Shown: positions 20,501 through 29,573 of the stretch, piece after piece
How positions within the stretch are numbered: position 1 is the first letter of the stretch
Layout: each line of letters opens with the position of its first letter
Source of the DNA: a plasmid
Reading direction: 5' to 3' (one strand)
Sequence record: NZ_CP033968.1
DNA length: 64,000 nucleotides
Program-made: the position numbers and the translations under genes
Notes under the pieces: generated by a model
The model's database searches: none
Told to the model about the DNA's origin: nothing
The model's input: only the letters and a program-made list of their open reading frames with translations

Positions 20501-21002
20501 CAAGAAGCTTTACGACGTCTCTGCAGCCGCAAAGAAGGGGTGGCAAGGCGTTCAAGCAGCGAAGGCCGGTGTCTCGACTGCCGCGAAGGAGATGGCAAGA
20601 TTGGAGAGCGCTTTCAAGTCTCCGAACGGCGCATTGCTCGGTGGCAAGAAGGCCCTTGATGCTCGACAAGTTGCGAACCTTGGCTTCAAGAGCACTGACG
20701 ACTTCCTGGAGGCCTATGGGAAGGCCGGCGCCAATGTCATCAAAGCTGAGAAGGATCTTCTGCGTTCGGCCGAGACATACTCCCAGAAGTTTGGCGCATC
20801 GGTTGGTAAGGATGGGCTTCCGGGCGACGCTACTTTCGGGTTCGTCGCGCAGAACGCTACACGGCAGGCCGTGGCCACCGGGAAAGCGGCAGGCGGTGCT
20901 GGTCTCCTCGAGCTCTCAAAGTACGAGGCGAACATCCACCGGCAAGAGGTCATGCATAACCAGGAGATGGAGGACCTGCGCCGAGGCGTGCGTGGTCGAT
21001 AG
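17502..21002 (+). CDS. traG: conjugal transfer protein TraG (F-type) with long low-complexity C-terminal extension
   Basis: N-terminal polytopic region with RVDNVP motif shared with F TraG; C-terminal ~450 aa rich in A/G/S/Q. Confidence 0.65.
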   Translation: MLDFNIYVVGDPSSFYAALNAVAMIFNQQGFLNSTFLVGGLVALISGILYMIGKQSDGPVPGAMGPVSALFGFFAVVWTTTIPTSVLVNDIYTGNVARVDNVPMILSLPASAFTTASHKLFQLSNTAFQSVNGSYMAVTSDGFVTPLKLLYSLRRGFDNADVFLSASIRTFILDCTPNATSFSMDAMKSSANSLNYILTHARDNGITTYWNTANPQGQSLSCNESAALISQDANVRFLNGTNRGLKELINKNMKEKSPTGNAWGQSDVEDVLQNVLPGGWKTATDTLGMAQSSRDFMINALTYNTIANTFNCMSSNTDQGSFNQCNVQLTQAFEQSRTDSAAAGSFFSKTMMPAMVFMQLMFFSFAPLVIIYGVMKGGGALGMYIKYLLFGIWTSSWLPFSAVIQMYIQNDVAEKLSQIDSGMLTLSNFPAIYYDILATRLSVASDMLAATPLVSLAMLTGTAMSMASLAGRWSGRDHVDEKQTSPDIVRNGPITDVGAATQSSAAITGNPLSGMTRADAALRAHSAGQMLDNNVSSARADVQSTKAEAAASFEKMMSYMKAHSSGFKSSESDITAMSKDYGSRASKVQEAAESAMDSHKFSAEEKSAFQAAITASAGFKSPFGGVEASAQAAATATKGRVSAQDFSKTMTQRVNTDQSWTDSITNRAQNSMDRYSGEDTKTAQGLSASLRQSTARVQSAEQRYQEAVSMKTSMDTSFSVRDQELGPMTMANPAVQNELQKMNDSAMPNVPGYQAKLAQHQNRVQRAGNISGAGYVAIFNALVDTNQFQAASKIMSMLSGINGPTNFSPNANQGVAPAAAAVASDPAAGNLSLKDPHVLQQGGAGAGHAPDASGRATAASGPSTTAIHGGTPPRNPGNGAAAGSGPAAPASGPGDLQARLDRLTNNSLPNFEADKQKIADGTAGVGQGIADQKEAVQSASAVISPEQVRDTFHREVGTVKSGFAGAGMAWGDFEKAHPYMAAGIEAGVTMLPVMRAAGGLKKLYDVSAAAKKGWQGVQAAKAGVSTAAKEMARLESAFKSPNGALLGGKKALDARQVANLGFKSTDDFLEAYGKAGANVIKAEKDLLRSAETYSQKFGASVGKDGLPGDATFGFVAQNATRQAVATGKAAGGAGLLELSKYEANIHRQEVMHNQEMEDLRRGVRGR

Positions 21003-21033
21003 ACCCCTGTACGTCACTGAAGGATTGGAAACA

Positions 21034-21058
21034 GCCCCGGAATCCGGGGCTTTTCTTT
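21034..21058 (+). terminator. rho-independent terminator after traG
   Basis: gccccggaatccggggc hairpin + ttttcttt. Confidence 0.7.
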
Positions 21059-21075
21059 GAGCAACCGATAGTCAG

Positions 21076-21348
21076 ATGGATCTGGGATTGGCGGGTATGG
21101 ACGACGAGATAAGGGGCCTAATGAAGATCAAGCGGATTGGCCTCTCCGATCGCGGCGTGCTCGCGATCCAGGCCGCCTTGATTGCGCGGCAGAAACGCAT
21201 TGCAGAGGGAAGTGAATGGCCCGCCGAGACATTTGCCGATCAACTGACAGGGTTCTTGGTCGCGGAGCGCCTGGTGCCGGTTCATGTAGCGCCGGATGAT
21301 CTCAGGAGAGAGATCGCAAACCGTACTGGCGGGGGTGGTGCCTATTGA
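21076..21348 (+). CDS. small hypothetical protein
   Basis: ORF only. Confidence 0.25.
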   Translation: MDLGLAGMDDEIRGLMKIKRIGLSDRGVLAIQAALIARQKRIAEGSEWPAETFADQLTGFLVAERLVPVHVAPDDLRREIANRTGGGGAY

Positions 21349-21445
21349 GACTGTTCAGGCCCAGCAATCAAATCATGGGAAGTTGAAGCATCAGGATCTG
21401 GGCTGGCGAGCAGCTACCATCGGCGCCGCTCGCCAAGGCCAGTGT

Positions 21446-22078
21446 TCAGCCGGTCATGGCCTTCGAGACCATGCCATTTGCAAGCTTGAAGAAGAGCTCC
21501 TGGTCGCCGTTCGTGCTGTCGGGCGTGATGACATAGCGACCACCGATCGCAATAGACGGCGTCGCATCGATCCGGTACCGGATGAGCTTGTTGAATGCGG
21601 CCTGGACTGTAGCGGGGTTCACGTTCTTCCATGCAGCATCAAACCCCTGCAAATGGGAGGACGAGGCAATGAAGCTCCAAGTCTTGCCGTCACTCACCGG
21701 CATACCGCGGTCCTGAATAGCGGAGTAGGCGTAGCTCAAGAACGCAGGAAGGTACGTGGCATTCAAAGCCTTGGCCGCATAGAAGGCCCTCGCAGCGATG
21801 ACGGTGTCACGATGTGCCTCGACAACCGGCACAAACTCCGCACTCCAGCCCTTAGGTAGCGACAGTGCCCACTTCGCAATCTGCTCGTGGTACGCGGCGC
21901 AAACAGGGCAAGTCAGAGAGATGAAGATCAGGACCTTCTTACTGTCCTCCGCTTCCCGCGGGACTTCCCTATAGGGCAGCTGCGGTGCCGACGTCCCCTG
22001 TGACGACTCCTGTGCCAGCGTCGTCAGCGGCAGGCCGAACAACGCGACGGCCATTGAAGAAAAGGAGCGACGGTTCAT
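21446..22078 (-). CDS. thiol:disulfide interchange protein, DsbA/TrbB-like
   Basis: signal peptide MNRRSFSSMAVALFGLPLTTLA; CPVC active site; start at M57 of track ORF. Confidence 0.6.
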   Translation of the reverse strand: MNRRSFSSMAVALFGLPLTTLAQESSQGTSAPQLPYREVPREAEDSKKVLIFISLTCPVCAAYHEQIAKWALSLPKGWSAEFVPVVEAHRDTVIAARAFYAAKALNATYLPAFLSYAYSAIQDRGMPVSDGKTWSFIASSSHLQGFDAAWKNVNPATVQAAFNKLIRYRIDATPSIAIGGRYVITPDSTNGDQELFFKLANGMVSKAMTG

Positions 22079-23615
22079 TGAAATCTTCCTCTGTAAGGTG
22101 CTTGTGTTCAATATATAGGTCAAAGAGTGAGCAACTGGTCCGCTCTTGGCGCCATCGCGTCTCCATCTCTTTCGCCAGATCTGCCGACACCTTGCCGGTG
22201 GTGATGAAGTACCGGACCAATTCCGGAGCGCCCTGGGTGTAACCAACTGCCCGGATCACCTCCCGTGCGGTACAGATCCCTTCTTCGACGAGGATCTGTC
22301 CGAGCCGCCGAACCTTGCCACCCTTACGGAGCTCGATCTGCCGTACGGCCGCTGCATACGCCTCCTCAGGCGTGATATATCCGAGCTCCACGAGAACTTG
22401 ACCGACGCGCTTCGTCTCAGGCGCCAACGCTTCGGCCCGATCAAGCTGCATGGCCTTCTCGATGGAGGTCAAACCGGCTGCGGCCATGCGCGTCACGGCT
22501 TGCGCCATGGTTTCGAACTGCGATTGGCGCATGGCTGCATTGAAAACCGCCATCTCCCCGCTCATCGCGAGCATTGCCGCTCGCACCGCAGCATCGGCCC
22601 GAATCAACTCCATAACCGGCATCCGGCCCTCATAGTCGGTCTCCTGTACGCCTGCGGGGAATTTGAGACCGGCGTGATGGATACCGGCAACCTCCATCCA
22701 GTCCACTTCGGCTTCGGTCGGAGCTCGGGTCCCTCTCTCCGGATCTGGCAGCAGAATTTCCACGAGCCGTTGGGAGAGGACACCGCGGAGAGCATCGGCC
22801 AGCGTCTGAACGTCCACACCCATATCGAGTAGACGTGTGATCGCCATCGCCGAGTTATTCGCGTGAACGGTAGCAACCACCAGGTGCCCGGTGTTTGCTG
22901 CCTGGATGGCAATCATCGCGGTCTCGACGTCGCGAATCTCACCAACCAGAATGACGTGCGGGGCTTGGCGGAGTGCTGCACGCAACCCCTCGGCAAACGA
23001 GATGTGCTGATTGATGTTGACCTGTGTGAGCCCAGGGAGGACCTTCTCGACGGGCTGCTCGAGCGTCAGGATGTTCCGCTTCCCATTGTTGAGATGCTGA
23101 AGTCCGGCATACAGAGTTGTGCTCTTCCCCGACCCCGTGGGGCCACAGACGAGAAAAAGCCCATTCGGCTCTTGCAGGATGTCCTGTAAGCAAGACCGTG
23201 CCATCGGCGTCATCTCAATCTCGTCGAGACTCGCAACGGAGGCAGTATTGTCCATCAGGCGACAAACGATCTTTTGTCCGGTCAGTGTCGGCAGGATCGA
23301 CACCCGAACATCAACCGCCCGGTCAGGAAACTTGAGTCTTAGACGCCCATCCAGTGGCTTATGACGATCCGAGGCGGCAATGTTGGCACGCGCCCGGAGC
23401 TTCTCGTCGAGTTGCTTAGCGAGGTTGTGATCAATGTGGTCGACCCAGTGCAGCGAACCAGAGATGCCATACTGAATTGTGGTGCCCTCTGCTTCGTACA
23501 ACATGTGAACGTCGGCAGCACGTCTTACTGCGGCCCTGGAGAACATGTCGTTCAGGTATTCCGCCGCCGCACGATCATGCGTCCCGGTATTGAAGAATAG
23601 GTCTGGTTCTCTCAT
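21969..23615 (-). CDS. GspE/PilB-family secretion ATPase with C-terminal MshEN-like repeat extension
   Basis: Walker A CGPTGSGKST, Asp box, Walker B ILVGEIRD, His box TVHAN; C-terminal ~130 aa contains LGQVLVELGYITPEE / LGQILVEEGICTAREV repeats. Confidence 0.75.
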   Translation of the reverse strand: MREPDLFFNTGTHDRAAAEYLNDMFSRAAVRRAADVHMLYEAEGTTIQYGISGSLHWVDHIDHNLAKQLDEKLRARANIAASDRHKPLDGRLRLKFPDRAVDVRVSILPTLTGQKIVCRLMDNTASVASLDEIEMTPMARSCLQDILQEPNGLFLVCGPTGSGKSTTLYAGLQHLNNGKRNILTLEQPVEKVLPGLTQVNINQHISFAEGLRAALRQAPHVILVGEIRDVETAMIAIQAANTGHLVVATVHANNSAMAITRLLDMGVDVQTLADALRGVLSQRLVEILLPDPERGTRAPTEAEVDWMEVAGIHHAGLKFPAGVQETDYEGRMPVMELIRADAAVRAAMLAMSGEMAVFNAAMRQSQFETMAQAVTRMAAAGLTSIEKAMQLDRAEALAPETKRVGQVLVELGYITPEEAYAAAVRQIELRKGGKVRRLGQILVEEGICTAREVIRAVGYTQGAPELVRYFITTGKVSADLAKEMETRWRQERTSCSLFDLYIEHKHLTEEDFNEPSLLFFNGRRVVRPAADDAGTGVVTGDVGTAAAL

Positions 23616-23620
23616 TGTGA

Positions 23621-23887
23621 TTACTTCCCGCAGTCGAGTGTCGGGCCGTAGAACAGCCGGCCAAGGAATCTCTGGGTTGTGTTGTCCGCCGTGATACTCC
23701 AACTGATCAAACGCAGCCGGCTATCCTGGCTCAGAAAGTTCTGCCCGCCCCAGCGCACCGCATCGAATGCGATCCGCACCGGCCCGGCCGAGCGGTAGAC
23801 GCGCTCGCACGGTTCCGGCGCGATCGCTGAGTACACCACCCAGCCCACGACCATCGCAGCAAAGGCGCCGCCAAACATCTGCTTCAT
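23621..23887 (-). CDS. small membrane protein
   Basis: hydrophobic helix FGGAFAAMVVGWVVYSAIA; between SLT and ATPase genes. Confidence 0.3.
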   Translation of the reverse strand: MKQMFGGAFAAMVVGWVVYSAIAPEPCERVYRSAGPVRIAFDAVRWGGQNFLSQDSRLRLISWSITADNTTQRFLGRLFYGPTLDCGK

Positions 23888-24318
23888 CGATTTACTCCGT
23901 GCAAGTTCTTCCACACCTTATTGATGTAGCGTATCTGGGCATCGTCGTCCTTGGAGTACTTGCCCGTGTTGTACGCGCCAACTGCCTTCCAGGTCCTGCC
24001 GTACTTGTACATCCCGTCAGCGAGCACCCAGGCGCCTACGTTCACGTTCACGCATGGCTCAAGCAGCCTTTCCCGATCGATCCCGAACTTCTTCAGTTCT
24101 GGCAGCCAGATCGAGCTGACCATCATGAGGCCCATGAACTCCCAACCCTCCTTGCTTGTTCGAACCAGATTGGGGTCGAACGAGGCGTTCTCCGTCTTTG
24201 CAATAGCGCGCAGCAATGACTCATCGACGGAGTACCGCTTAGCCGCCTCCTTGAAGCAATACCCCCAGCTTTGCAGGCTCACGGAGGCCAGGATGGCGAA
24301 GGCCAGTAGCTTTTTCAT
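23884..24318 (-). CDS. lytic transglycosylase (SLT domain; conjugation-associated, P19/orf169-like)
   Basis: signal peptide MKKLLAFAILASVSLQSWG; SLT-like motifs ES..NP and AYNTG. Confidence 0.65.
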   Translation of the reverse strand: MKKLLAFAILASVSLQSWGYCFKEAAKRYSVDESLLRAIAKTENASFDPNLVRTSKEGWEFMGLMMVSSIWLPELKKFGIDRERLLEPCVNVNVGAWVLADGMYKYGRTWKAVGAYNTGKYSKDDDAQIRYINKVWKNLHGVNR

Positions 24319-24364
24319 GGCTCGAATCATACAATACACGTATCAATACGCCAATAGTATCCCA

Positions 24365-25336
24365 ATGCGAAATCTCGTGCTTTGCGCGCTAACTGCCGCT
24401 ATGTGGGGCGCATTCGCCACCGCGGCACATGCTTCGGACATTCCCACCGGTAAGCCGGGGCAGGAGGAAGCCACTCCGCGCGTGGCAGGGGGCGCCAAGC
24501 CGTCATCCCTTCCGAGTGACACTGCCTCCATTGACATCACCGCGAAGCTCGACGATCTCCTCGCTACGGCGAAAGAGACGAGTGAAGTGATGCGTCTCTA
24601 TGCCAGCTGGCAAGCTGGTAATCGCGAGGCGGTGCCTGAGATATTTGCATTAGCCAAAAATGGCAACGCCCGCGCACAGAACCTCGCGGGGTTCATGCTC
24701 GACAATGGGCAGGGTGTGAAGCAGGATTCCAAGGCCGCAGCAGCATACTTCCAACGGTCCGCGGAGAGCGTTCCGCTGGCCAAGTACAACCTCGGGGTGC
24801 TGACGTACTACGGAAGGGGTGTAAGAAAAGACGAGGCAAGGGCAATGGAGCTCTTCAAGGGCTCCGCAATTAAGGCCGGCGTCGAACAGGCGAGTGTTCA
24901 GCTCGCCATCTACTACCTGAAGAACAAGAACGAGGACGAAGCGTATAAGTGGGCGAATGAAGGGGCGAACCGCGGCAACGTCAAGGCCTTCTACCTGCTC
25001 GGTAGGATTCTGTACCAGCGGGGCCAGTACCAGTCCGCCGCCTCGTGGATACAGAAGGCCGCTAATGCATCCGAACCGAATGCGCCAGCAATCCTGTCGC
25101 TCATGTACCGCGACGGGAAGGGAGTAGGGCAGAGCAAGATGATGTCCGCGGCCTGGTGGATGATCTATGGCGCCCTGAATCGGCGCCAGACTGGAGGCAG
25201 CCTTGTTTCCTCCTCCTCATTCGACCTGGATGAAACGGAACAACGGCAGGCGCTAGGCTTTGCAAACAACTGGTTGGCTACGCATGGCGCAGACAAGCGT
25301 ATCAGCTATCAAAAGACACTTTTGCAGACAAACTAG
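24365..25336 (+). CDS. Sel1-repeat (TPR-like) exported protein
   Basis: signal peptide; at least five Sel1-like repeats (A.NLG.MY..G.GV..D...A..W..KAA). Confidence 0.65.
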   Translation: MRNLVLCALTAAMWGAFATAAHASDIPTGKPGQEEATPRVAGGAKPSSLPSDTASIDITAKLDDLLATAKETSEVMRLYASWQAGNREAVPEIFALAKNGNARAQNLAGFMLDNGQGVKQDSKAAAAYFQRSAESVPLAKYNLGVLTYYGRGVRKDEARAMELFKGSAIKAGVEQASVQLAIYYLKNKNEDEAYKWANEGANRGNVKAFYLLGRILYQRGQYQSAASWIQKAANASEPNAPAILSLMYRDGKGVGQSKMMSAAWWMIYGALNRRQTGGSLVSSSSFDLDETEQRQALGFANNWLATHGADKRISYQKTLLQTN

Positions 25337-25349
25337 AGCCTTCCGCCCA

Positions 25350-25395
25350 AGAAAAAAGGCCCTGCGATCTGAACGATCCAGGGCCTTGAGTTTTA
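25350..25395. terminator. bidirectional terminator between convergent Sel1 and nrdJ genes
   Basis: aaaaaaggccctg...cagggcctt hairpin flanked by A-run and T-run. Confidence 0.6.
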
Positions 25396-25421
25396 GCGCG
25401 AGCCTCACGGCTGGCAGTGCA

Positions 25422-27914
25422 TCAGCCACAACTACCGATGTGACCACACGCTTGGCATTTGCTGCACCCATCGACGCGATGGAGTTCGTGAGCGCCACAT
25501 TCCGGGCACTTCTTTCCGAGTCCTGCCCCGATCGATTGACCCAGGCTCACCACGGTCCCGCTGTCAGAAGTGACTTCGTCGAAAGCAAGCGCTGCGTCGG
25601 TTTTCGACAGGCGTCTGGCGAGTTCCGCTGCCGGTACCTGACTACCGTCCTCGGCAAGGAAGCCGCGTTTTTTCAGAATGGACTGCAGGGCGTATCCGAT
25701 CGCTGCGACCTCCGAATCGTGGTGCAGCGGCACCTTCGATCCATCAGCCCGCGTCAAATGCCCATAGCGCACCGCACCCTTGTCCCAGATGACTTCCCGG
25801 AGGTTTGCGACTGCCTTCGCTACCGAACCACCGGATCGTGCCACCATCGAGAGCATCCGCATGTTGGCAGAGATCCATTGTTGGCCGTCATTCCGCTGGC
25901 CCGCCGGCATGAAGAATTCCACCGGTCGTTCGATCTCCGCCTCCTCACCATCAACGATGCCTTTGACGCGCATGAAGTTCACCGTGAGATATACGGTGTT
26001 CGCCCCCTCATAGGTAAAATACTCAACCTTTGAAGTGACACCCTCCAGTTCGCCGGTAGGCCGGCTGTCGAAGGGCATGCGCAACGGATCGTCCGCGATG
26101 GGCGTGGGCGTCGGGCTTGGACTCGGCGATGCAGGAGCCTCCACCGACAGCACGGCACCGAGCACGGAGTTAGGCCGATAGGTCGCCAGTCCTTTCAAAC
26201 CCGCCTTCCACGCATCCAGGTACAGATTCTGGAAATCCGCGTAAGGGTAGTCTTCAGGTACGTTGACCGTCTTGCTGATGCTGGTGTCGATGTACGGCTG
26301 AACCGCTTCCAGCATTCGCATATGGTCGATCGCAGGCATTTCCAGCGCCGTCACGAAGCATTCTGGCAGGTTCACAACATCCCCACCAAGATGCCGATAG
26401 AGGCGGTACGCATGATCAGCTACTTCAAACGTCTGATAGCTGTTGTCCGGCATACGCTTCTTGCGGTTGTACGTCCAGGAGAATGCAGGTTCGATGCCAT
26501 TCGAGGCGTTATCAGCAAACGCGAGGGTGATAGTCCCCGTGGGTGCAATCGACAGCAAGTGCGAGTTGCGAATGCCGTGCTCCTGGATCAGATCTCGAAC
26601 ATCCTGGGGCAGGCGCTTTGCGAAGCCGCTCTCGAGGTACTTCTCTTTGTCGAGGAGCGGGAACGAACCCTTTTCGACAGCGAGCGCTACCGAAGCTGCG
26701 TAAGCGGCGTCGCGCATCGACTCCGAGATTGACGCAGCCAGCTCGCGTCCCGCATCGGAATCGTATCGAACTCCCAGCATCACGAGTGCACTTCCCAGGC
26801 CCAAGAACCCAAGGCCGATGCGTCGCTTCGACATGGCTTCGTCCCGCTGTTTCGGAAGCGGCCAGAACGTGGCGTCAAGTACGAGATCCAGCATTCGGAT
26901 TCCCGTGGCCACGAGAGCCCTGAAGCCTTCGAAGTCGAAGTGTGCTTCGGGCCCGAAGGCGTTCCGCACGAACTTCGTAAGGTTGACCGAGCCCAGGCAG
27001 CAGCAACCGTAAGACGGCAAGGGCTGCTCCGCGCAAGGATTCGTTGCCTCAATCTGCTCGCAGTAGTAGAGGTTGTTGTCAGAGTTCATCCGGTCAAGGA
27101 AGAGAACCCCAGGCTCGGCGTGGTCATAGGTCGACTTCATGACCTGGTCCCACAGCTCCCGCGCGCTCACTTTTCGATACACCCACGTCCCGTCATCCCG
27201 ACGGTACGATTCCGCCGTCAGCACTTCCGGATGGGGCTCTGCATTGTGCCAAAGTTCGATTTCCTCGCCGACTTCGACGGCACGCATAAATGCGTCAGTG
27301 ACCCCGATCGAAATGTTGAAGTTGGTCAGTTCGCCCTTGTCCTTCGCGTGGATGAATTGCTCGATATCTGGGTGGTCGCAACGCAGCACACCCATCTGAG
27401 CTCCGCGGCGAGCACCGGCAGACTCGACCGTCGCACACGACGAATCGAAGACCTTCATAAAGGAGACCGGGCCGGAAGCTCGGGAGAACGTGCCTCGCAC
27501 CAACGCACCGTTCGGACGGATGTCGCCAAATGCATAGCCGACACCGCCACCGCGCCGCATGGTTTCAGCGGCCTCGGCCACCGCGGTGTAAATCCCGGGC
27601 TTACCATCTTTGGCCTCGGATACCGAGTCGCCAACCGGTTGCACAAAGCAGTTGATTAGTGTCGCCTGGATATCGGTGCCGGCTGCAGAGTTGATGCGAC
27701 CCGCCGGAACGAAACCCGATTCAAGCGCGTCGAGGAACTGGACTTCGAACTCGGCTCGGTTCTCTGGTCGCTCCATACTGGCTAGCGCCTTTGCGACACG
27801 GCGCCGGACATCCGCGACAGTCTTCTCGCCACCCTTGGCGTACTTTTCCAAGAGGATCTCACCCGAAATTTCCTGGGCCGGCAGGATGCCGAACATCTTT
27901 TCATTTGCGTTCAT
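25422..27914 (-). CDS. nrdJ: adenosylcobalamin-dependent (class II) ribonucleoside-diphosphate reductase
   Basis: 830 aa; characteristic class II RNR blocks ([29 protein letters not shown]); C-terminal CxxC...CxxC zinc ribbon. Confidence 0.85.
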   Translation of the reverse strand: MNANEKMFGILPAQEISGEILLEKYAKGGEKTVADVRRRVAKALASMERPENRAEFEVQFLDALESGFVPAGRINSAAGTDIQATLINCFVQPVGDSVSEAKDGKPGIYTAVAEAAETMRRGGGVGYAFGDIRPNGALVRGTFSRASGPVSFMKVFDSSCATVESAGARRGAQMGVLRCDHPDIEQFIHAKDKGELTNFNISIGVTDAFMRAVEVGEEIELWHNAEPHPEVLTAESYRRDDGTWVYRKVSARELWDQVMKSTYDHAEPGVLFLDRMNSDNNLYYCEQIEATNPCAEQPLPSYGCCCLGSVNLTKFVRNAFGPEAHFDFEGFRALVATGIRMLDLVLDATFWPLPKQRDEAMSKRRIGLGFLGLGSALVMLGVRYDSDAGRELAASISESMRDAAYAASVALAVEKGSFPLLDKEKYLESGFAKRLPQDVRDLIQEHGIRNSHLLSIAPTGTITLAFADNASNGIEPAFSWTYNRKKRMPDNSYQTFEVADHAYRLYRHLGGDVVNLPECFVTALEMPAIDHMRMLEAVQPYIDTSISKTVNVPEDYPYADFQNLYLDAWKAGLKGLATYRPNSVLGAVLSVEAPASPSPSPTPTPIADDPLRMPFDSRPTGELEGVTSKVEYFTYEGANTVYLTVNFMRVKGIVDGEEAEIERPVEFFMPAGQRNDGQQWISANMRMLSMVARSGGSVAKAVANLREVIWDKGAVRYGHLTRADGSKVPLHHDSEVAAIGYALQSILKKRGFLAEDGSQVPAAELARRLSKTDAALAFDEVTSDSGTVVSLGQSIGAGLGKKCPECGAHELHRVDGCSKCQACGHIGSCG

Positions 27915-28004
27915 GATGATTGCTCCAAAGTGGATTGACTAAAAATTCGGTGGCGGATCGTCCGCCCCGTCCTTGCAATAAGGGGATGGAACTCAGCCAC
28001 AAGT

Positions 28005-28036
28005 AAAAAAGCCCTCCCGCGATGACGGGAGGGCTG
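28005..28036 (-). terminator. terminator-like hairpin between Cys-rich gene and nrdJ
   Basis: minus-strand agccctcccgtcatcgcgggagggct + tttttt. Confidence 0.5.
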
Positions 28037-28075
28037 CGTTTCACAAGCACTGGCGAATCAAGCTGCTGGCGGCAT

Positions 28076-28423
28076 TCAAAGGAAGTACCCCGATGGGAAA
28101 GATCCTTCCTTGCCATGTGGGGCCTCTCGCGAGGCCATGACCGGCTCCTCACTCGGTCTAGCCTCGACATCGCGCCCTTCATCCGCGGCGCCCGTTGGGG
28201 CCGATTCTTCCGACGTGCTTGCCTCTGGGATGGGGTCAACCCGTAACGCATGCTTCTCGCAGCCAGGCCTCTGAGGATTGATAAAGACCGACTCAACGCA
28301 GCTGACGCCGGATTGCGCGGCTGCGTGGCCGGGCTGGCACCAGAGCATTCCTTCCATACCTCTGACGTTTGCACGAACCGCCGCCTTACAGTTGCCGCAC
28401 CGGCGGCCTTCGATGGTGTCCAT
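28076..28423 (-). CDS. small Cys-rich hypothetical protein upstream of nrdJ
   Basis: MDTIEGRRCGNCK...WCQPGH...SCVESV...PGCEKH; internal ATG of track ORF 28076..28630. Confidence 0.3.
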   Translation of the reverse strand: MDTIEGRRCGNCKAAVRANVRGMEGMLWCQPGHAAAQSGVSCVESVFINPQRPGCEKHALRVDPIPEASTSEESAPTGAADEGRDVEARPSEEPVMASREAPHGKEGSFPSGYFL

Positions 28424-28476
28424 AGGGATTACTTGTTGTCTCGACTGTGGGATATGAGCAGCACCCGAACACATGC

Positions 28477-28968
28477 TCATAGGTAGTGCATCATCGCCAG
28501 ACTGACGCCGGCCAGATACAACGGCCAGGATCGAAGGGACTGCACGAGATCGGTCGAAGAGGGCCAGCACGAGAGCAGTTGCGCTGACAGACCGGCCCAG
28601 ATGAGTAAATCCCACTGCTCGAAGCTCCACGCTTCAGCAACACGCGCCTTCGCAATCAGCCAAACGACAGGCAGTCCCAGCAGCGGCGCGAGACATGTAG
28701 GGGCGGCATTGAACCACCGCAAATTCTCGAACGTGACTGATCCCAGCGCGATCCGACCATCCGGCTGCCGCGTCGGGAAGAGGCTCATGGAGACCGGCTT
28801 TGCCCCTGTCATGGCCCCCACCAGGAGGTGAAGCAGCTCATGGATCAGCGTTCCCGGCAGCACACAAAACGAGAACACGGCCAAGCGGCCCGATCCGGCC
28901 TTCATCACCAAAGCTCCCACTGTCGCTGGCACCAGATAGGCGAGGGCGGTCAAATCCTCATGTGTCAT
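28477..28968 (-). CDS. membrane protein with HExxH motif (putative metalloprotease)
   Basis: four predicted TM helices, IHELLHLLVG motif within a helix. Confidence 0.4.
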   Translation of the reverse strand: MTHEDLTALAYLVPATVGALVMKAGSGRLAVFSFCVLPGTLIHELLHLLVGAMTGAKPVSMSLFPTRQPDGRIALGSVTFENLRWFNAAPTCLAPLLGLPVVWLIAKARVAEAWSFEQWDLLIWAGLSAQLLSCWPSSTDLVQSLRSWPLYLAGVSLAMMHYL

Positions 28969-29036
28969 TAACGCAACCTATTCGTCACATTTGCGACGCG
29001 TAATCCACATTTTTGCGCGCTAACGGTTTTCACGGT

Positions 29037-29051
29037 GAAAACAGTCATTCC
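29037..29051. promoter_or_regulatory. 15-bp perfect palindrome TTTTCACGGTGAAAA in divergent promoter region
   Basis: 7-bp inverted repeat around a central G, AT-rich context between divergent operons. Confidence 0.35.
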
Positions 29052-29138
29052 TTGCCGACTGTCTGCACGGCCCCTTGCAAATGCAATGACGACGCATCAG
29101 AATACATAACATTTACGCTTACCTTCAGTGTATCGCAA

Positions 29139-29573
29139 ATGAACGAAAAGATTGCATGTCATACGCTGGCTGGTCGTGCAGCTATCTCAGCCGGTGTCGC
29201 AGCTCTCCTCTCACTGGTTTGTACGCACGCTCTGGCTGCGGCCCCGAAGGATGTTCTGTTTGCAGCGATCAGGAGCGGGCAAGCCTCTGAAATCCTAAAT
29301 GGTCCCGTTGCTGAAAACTGGCAAGCGAAGAGCCATTCAACAGCCCCCGTATTGATGTCGGCGAAAGTAGTGAAACGCTACAAGGGCGAGTGCGCCCGCT
29401 TGAGCGTGACCATGCGGCAGGAGCACGTCCCGCTCAAAGACGGTGGCGCAGCTCCACTCGAGTTCTCATATGAACTGAATCTCTGCACCGATGGCTCGCC
29501 CCCCGCAGAGACTGTCGATTGGTCTGCGGTTCCGCAAGAAACACCAGAGAGATTGCGGGGCCAACTCCGATGA
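29139..29573 (+). CDS. hypothetical exported protein
   Basis: signal peptide MNEKIACHTLAGRAAISAGVAALLSLVCTHALA; precedes traN. Confidence 0.4.
   Translation: MNEKIACHTLAGRAAISAGVAALLSLVCTHALAAAPKDVLFAAIRSGQASEILNGPVAENWQAKSHSTAPVLMSAKVVKRYKGECARLSVTMRQEHVPLKDGGAAPLEFSYELNLCTDGSPPAETVDWSAVPQETPERLRGQLR

Noticed and set aside
27915-28500. Possible cobalamin riboswitch upstream of nrdJ
   Set aside because: Could not find a B12-box-like GCCACTG core on the relevant strand; region instead holds a terminator hairpin and a small coding gene; needs an Rfam scan to exclude fully
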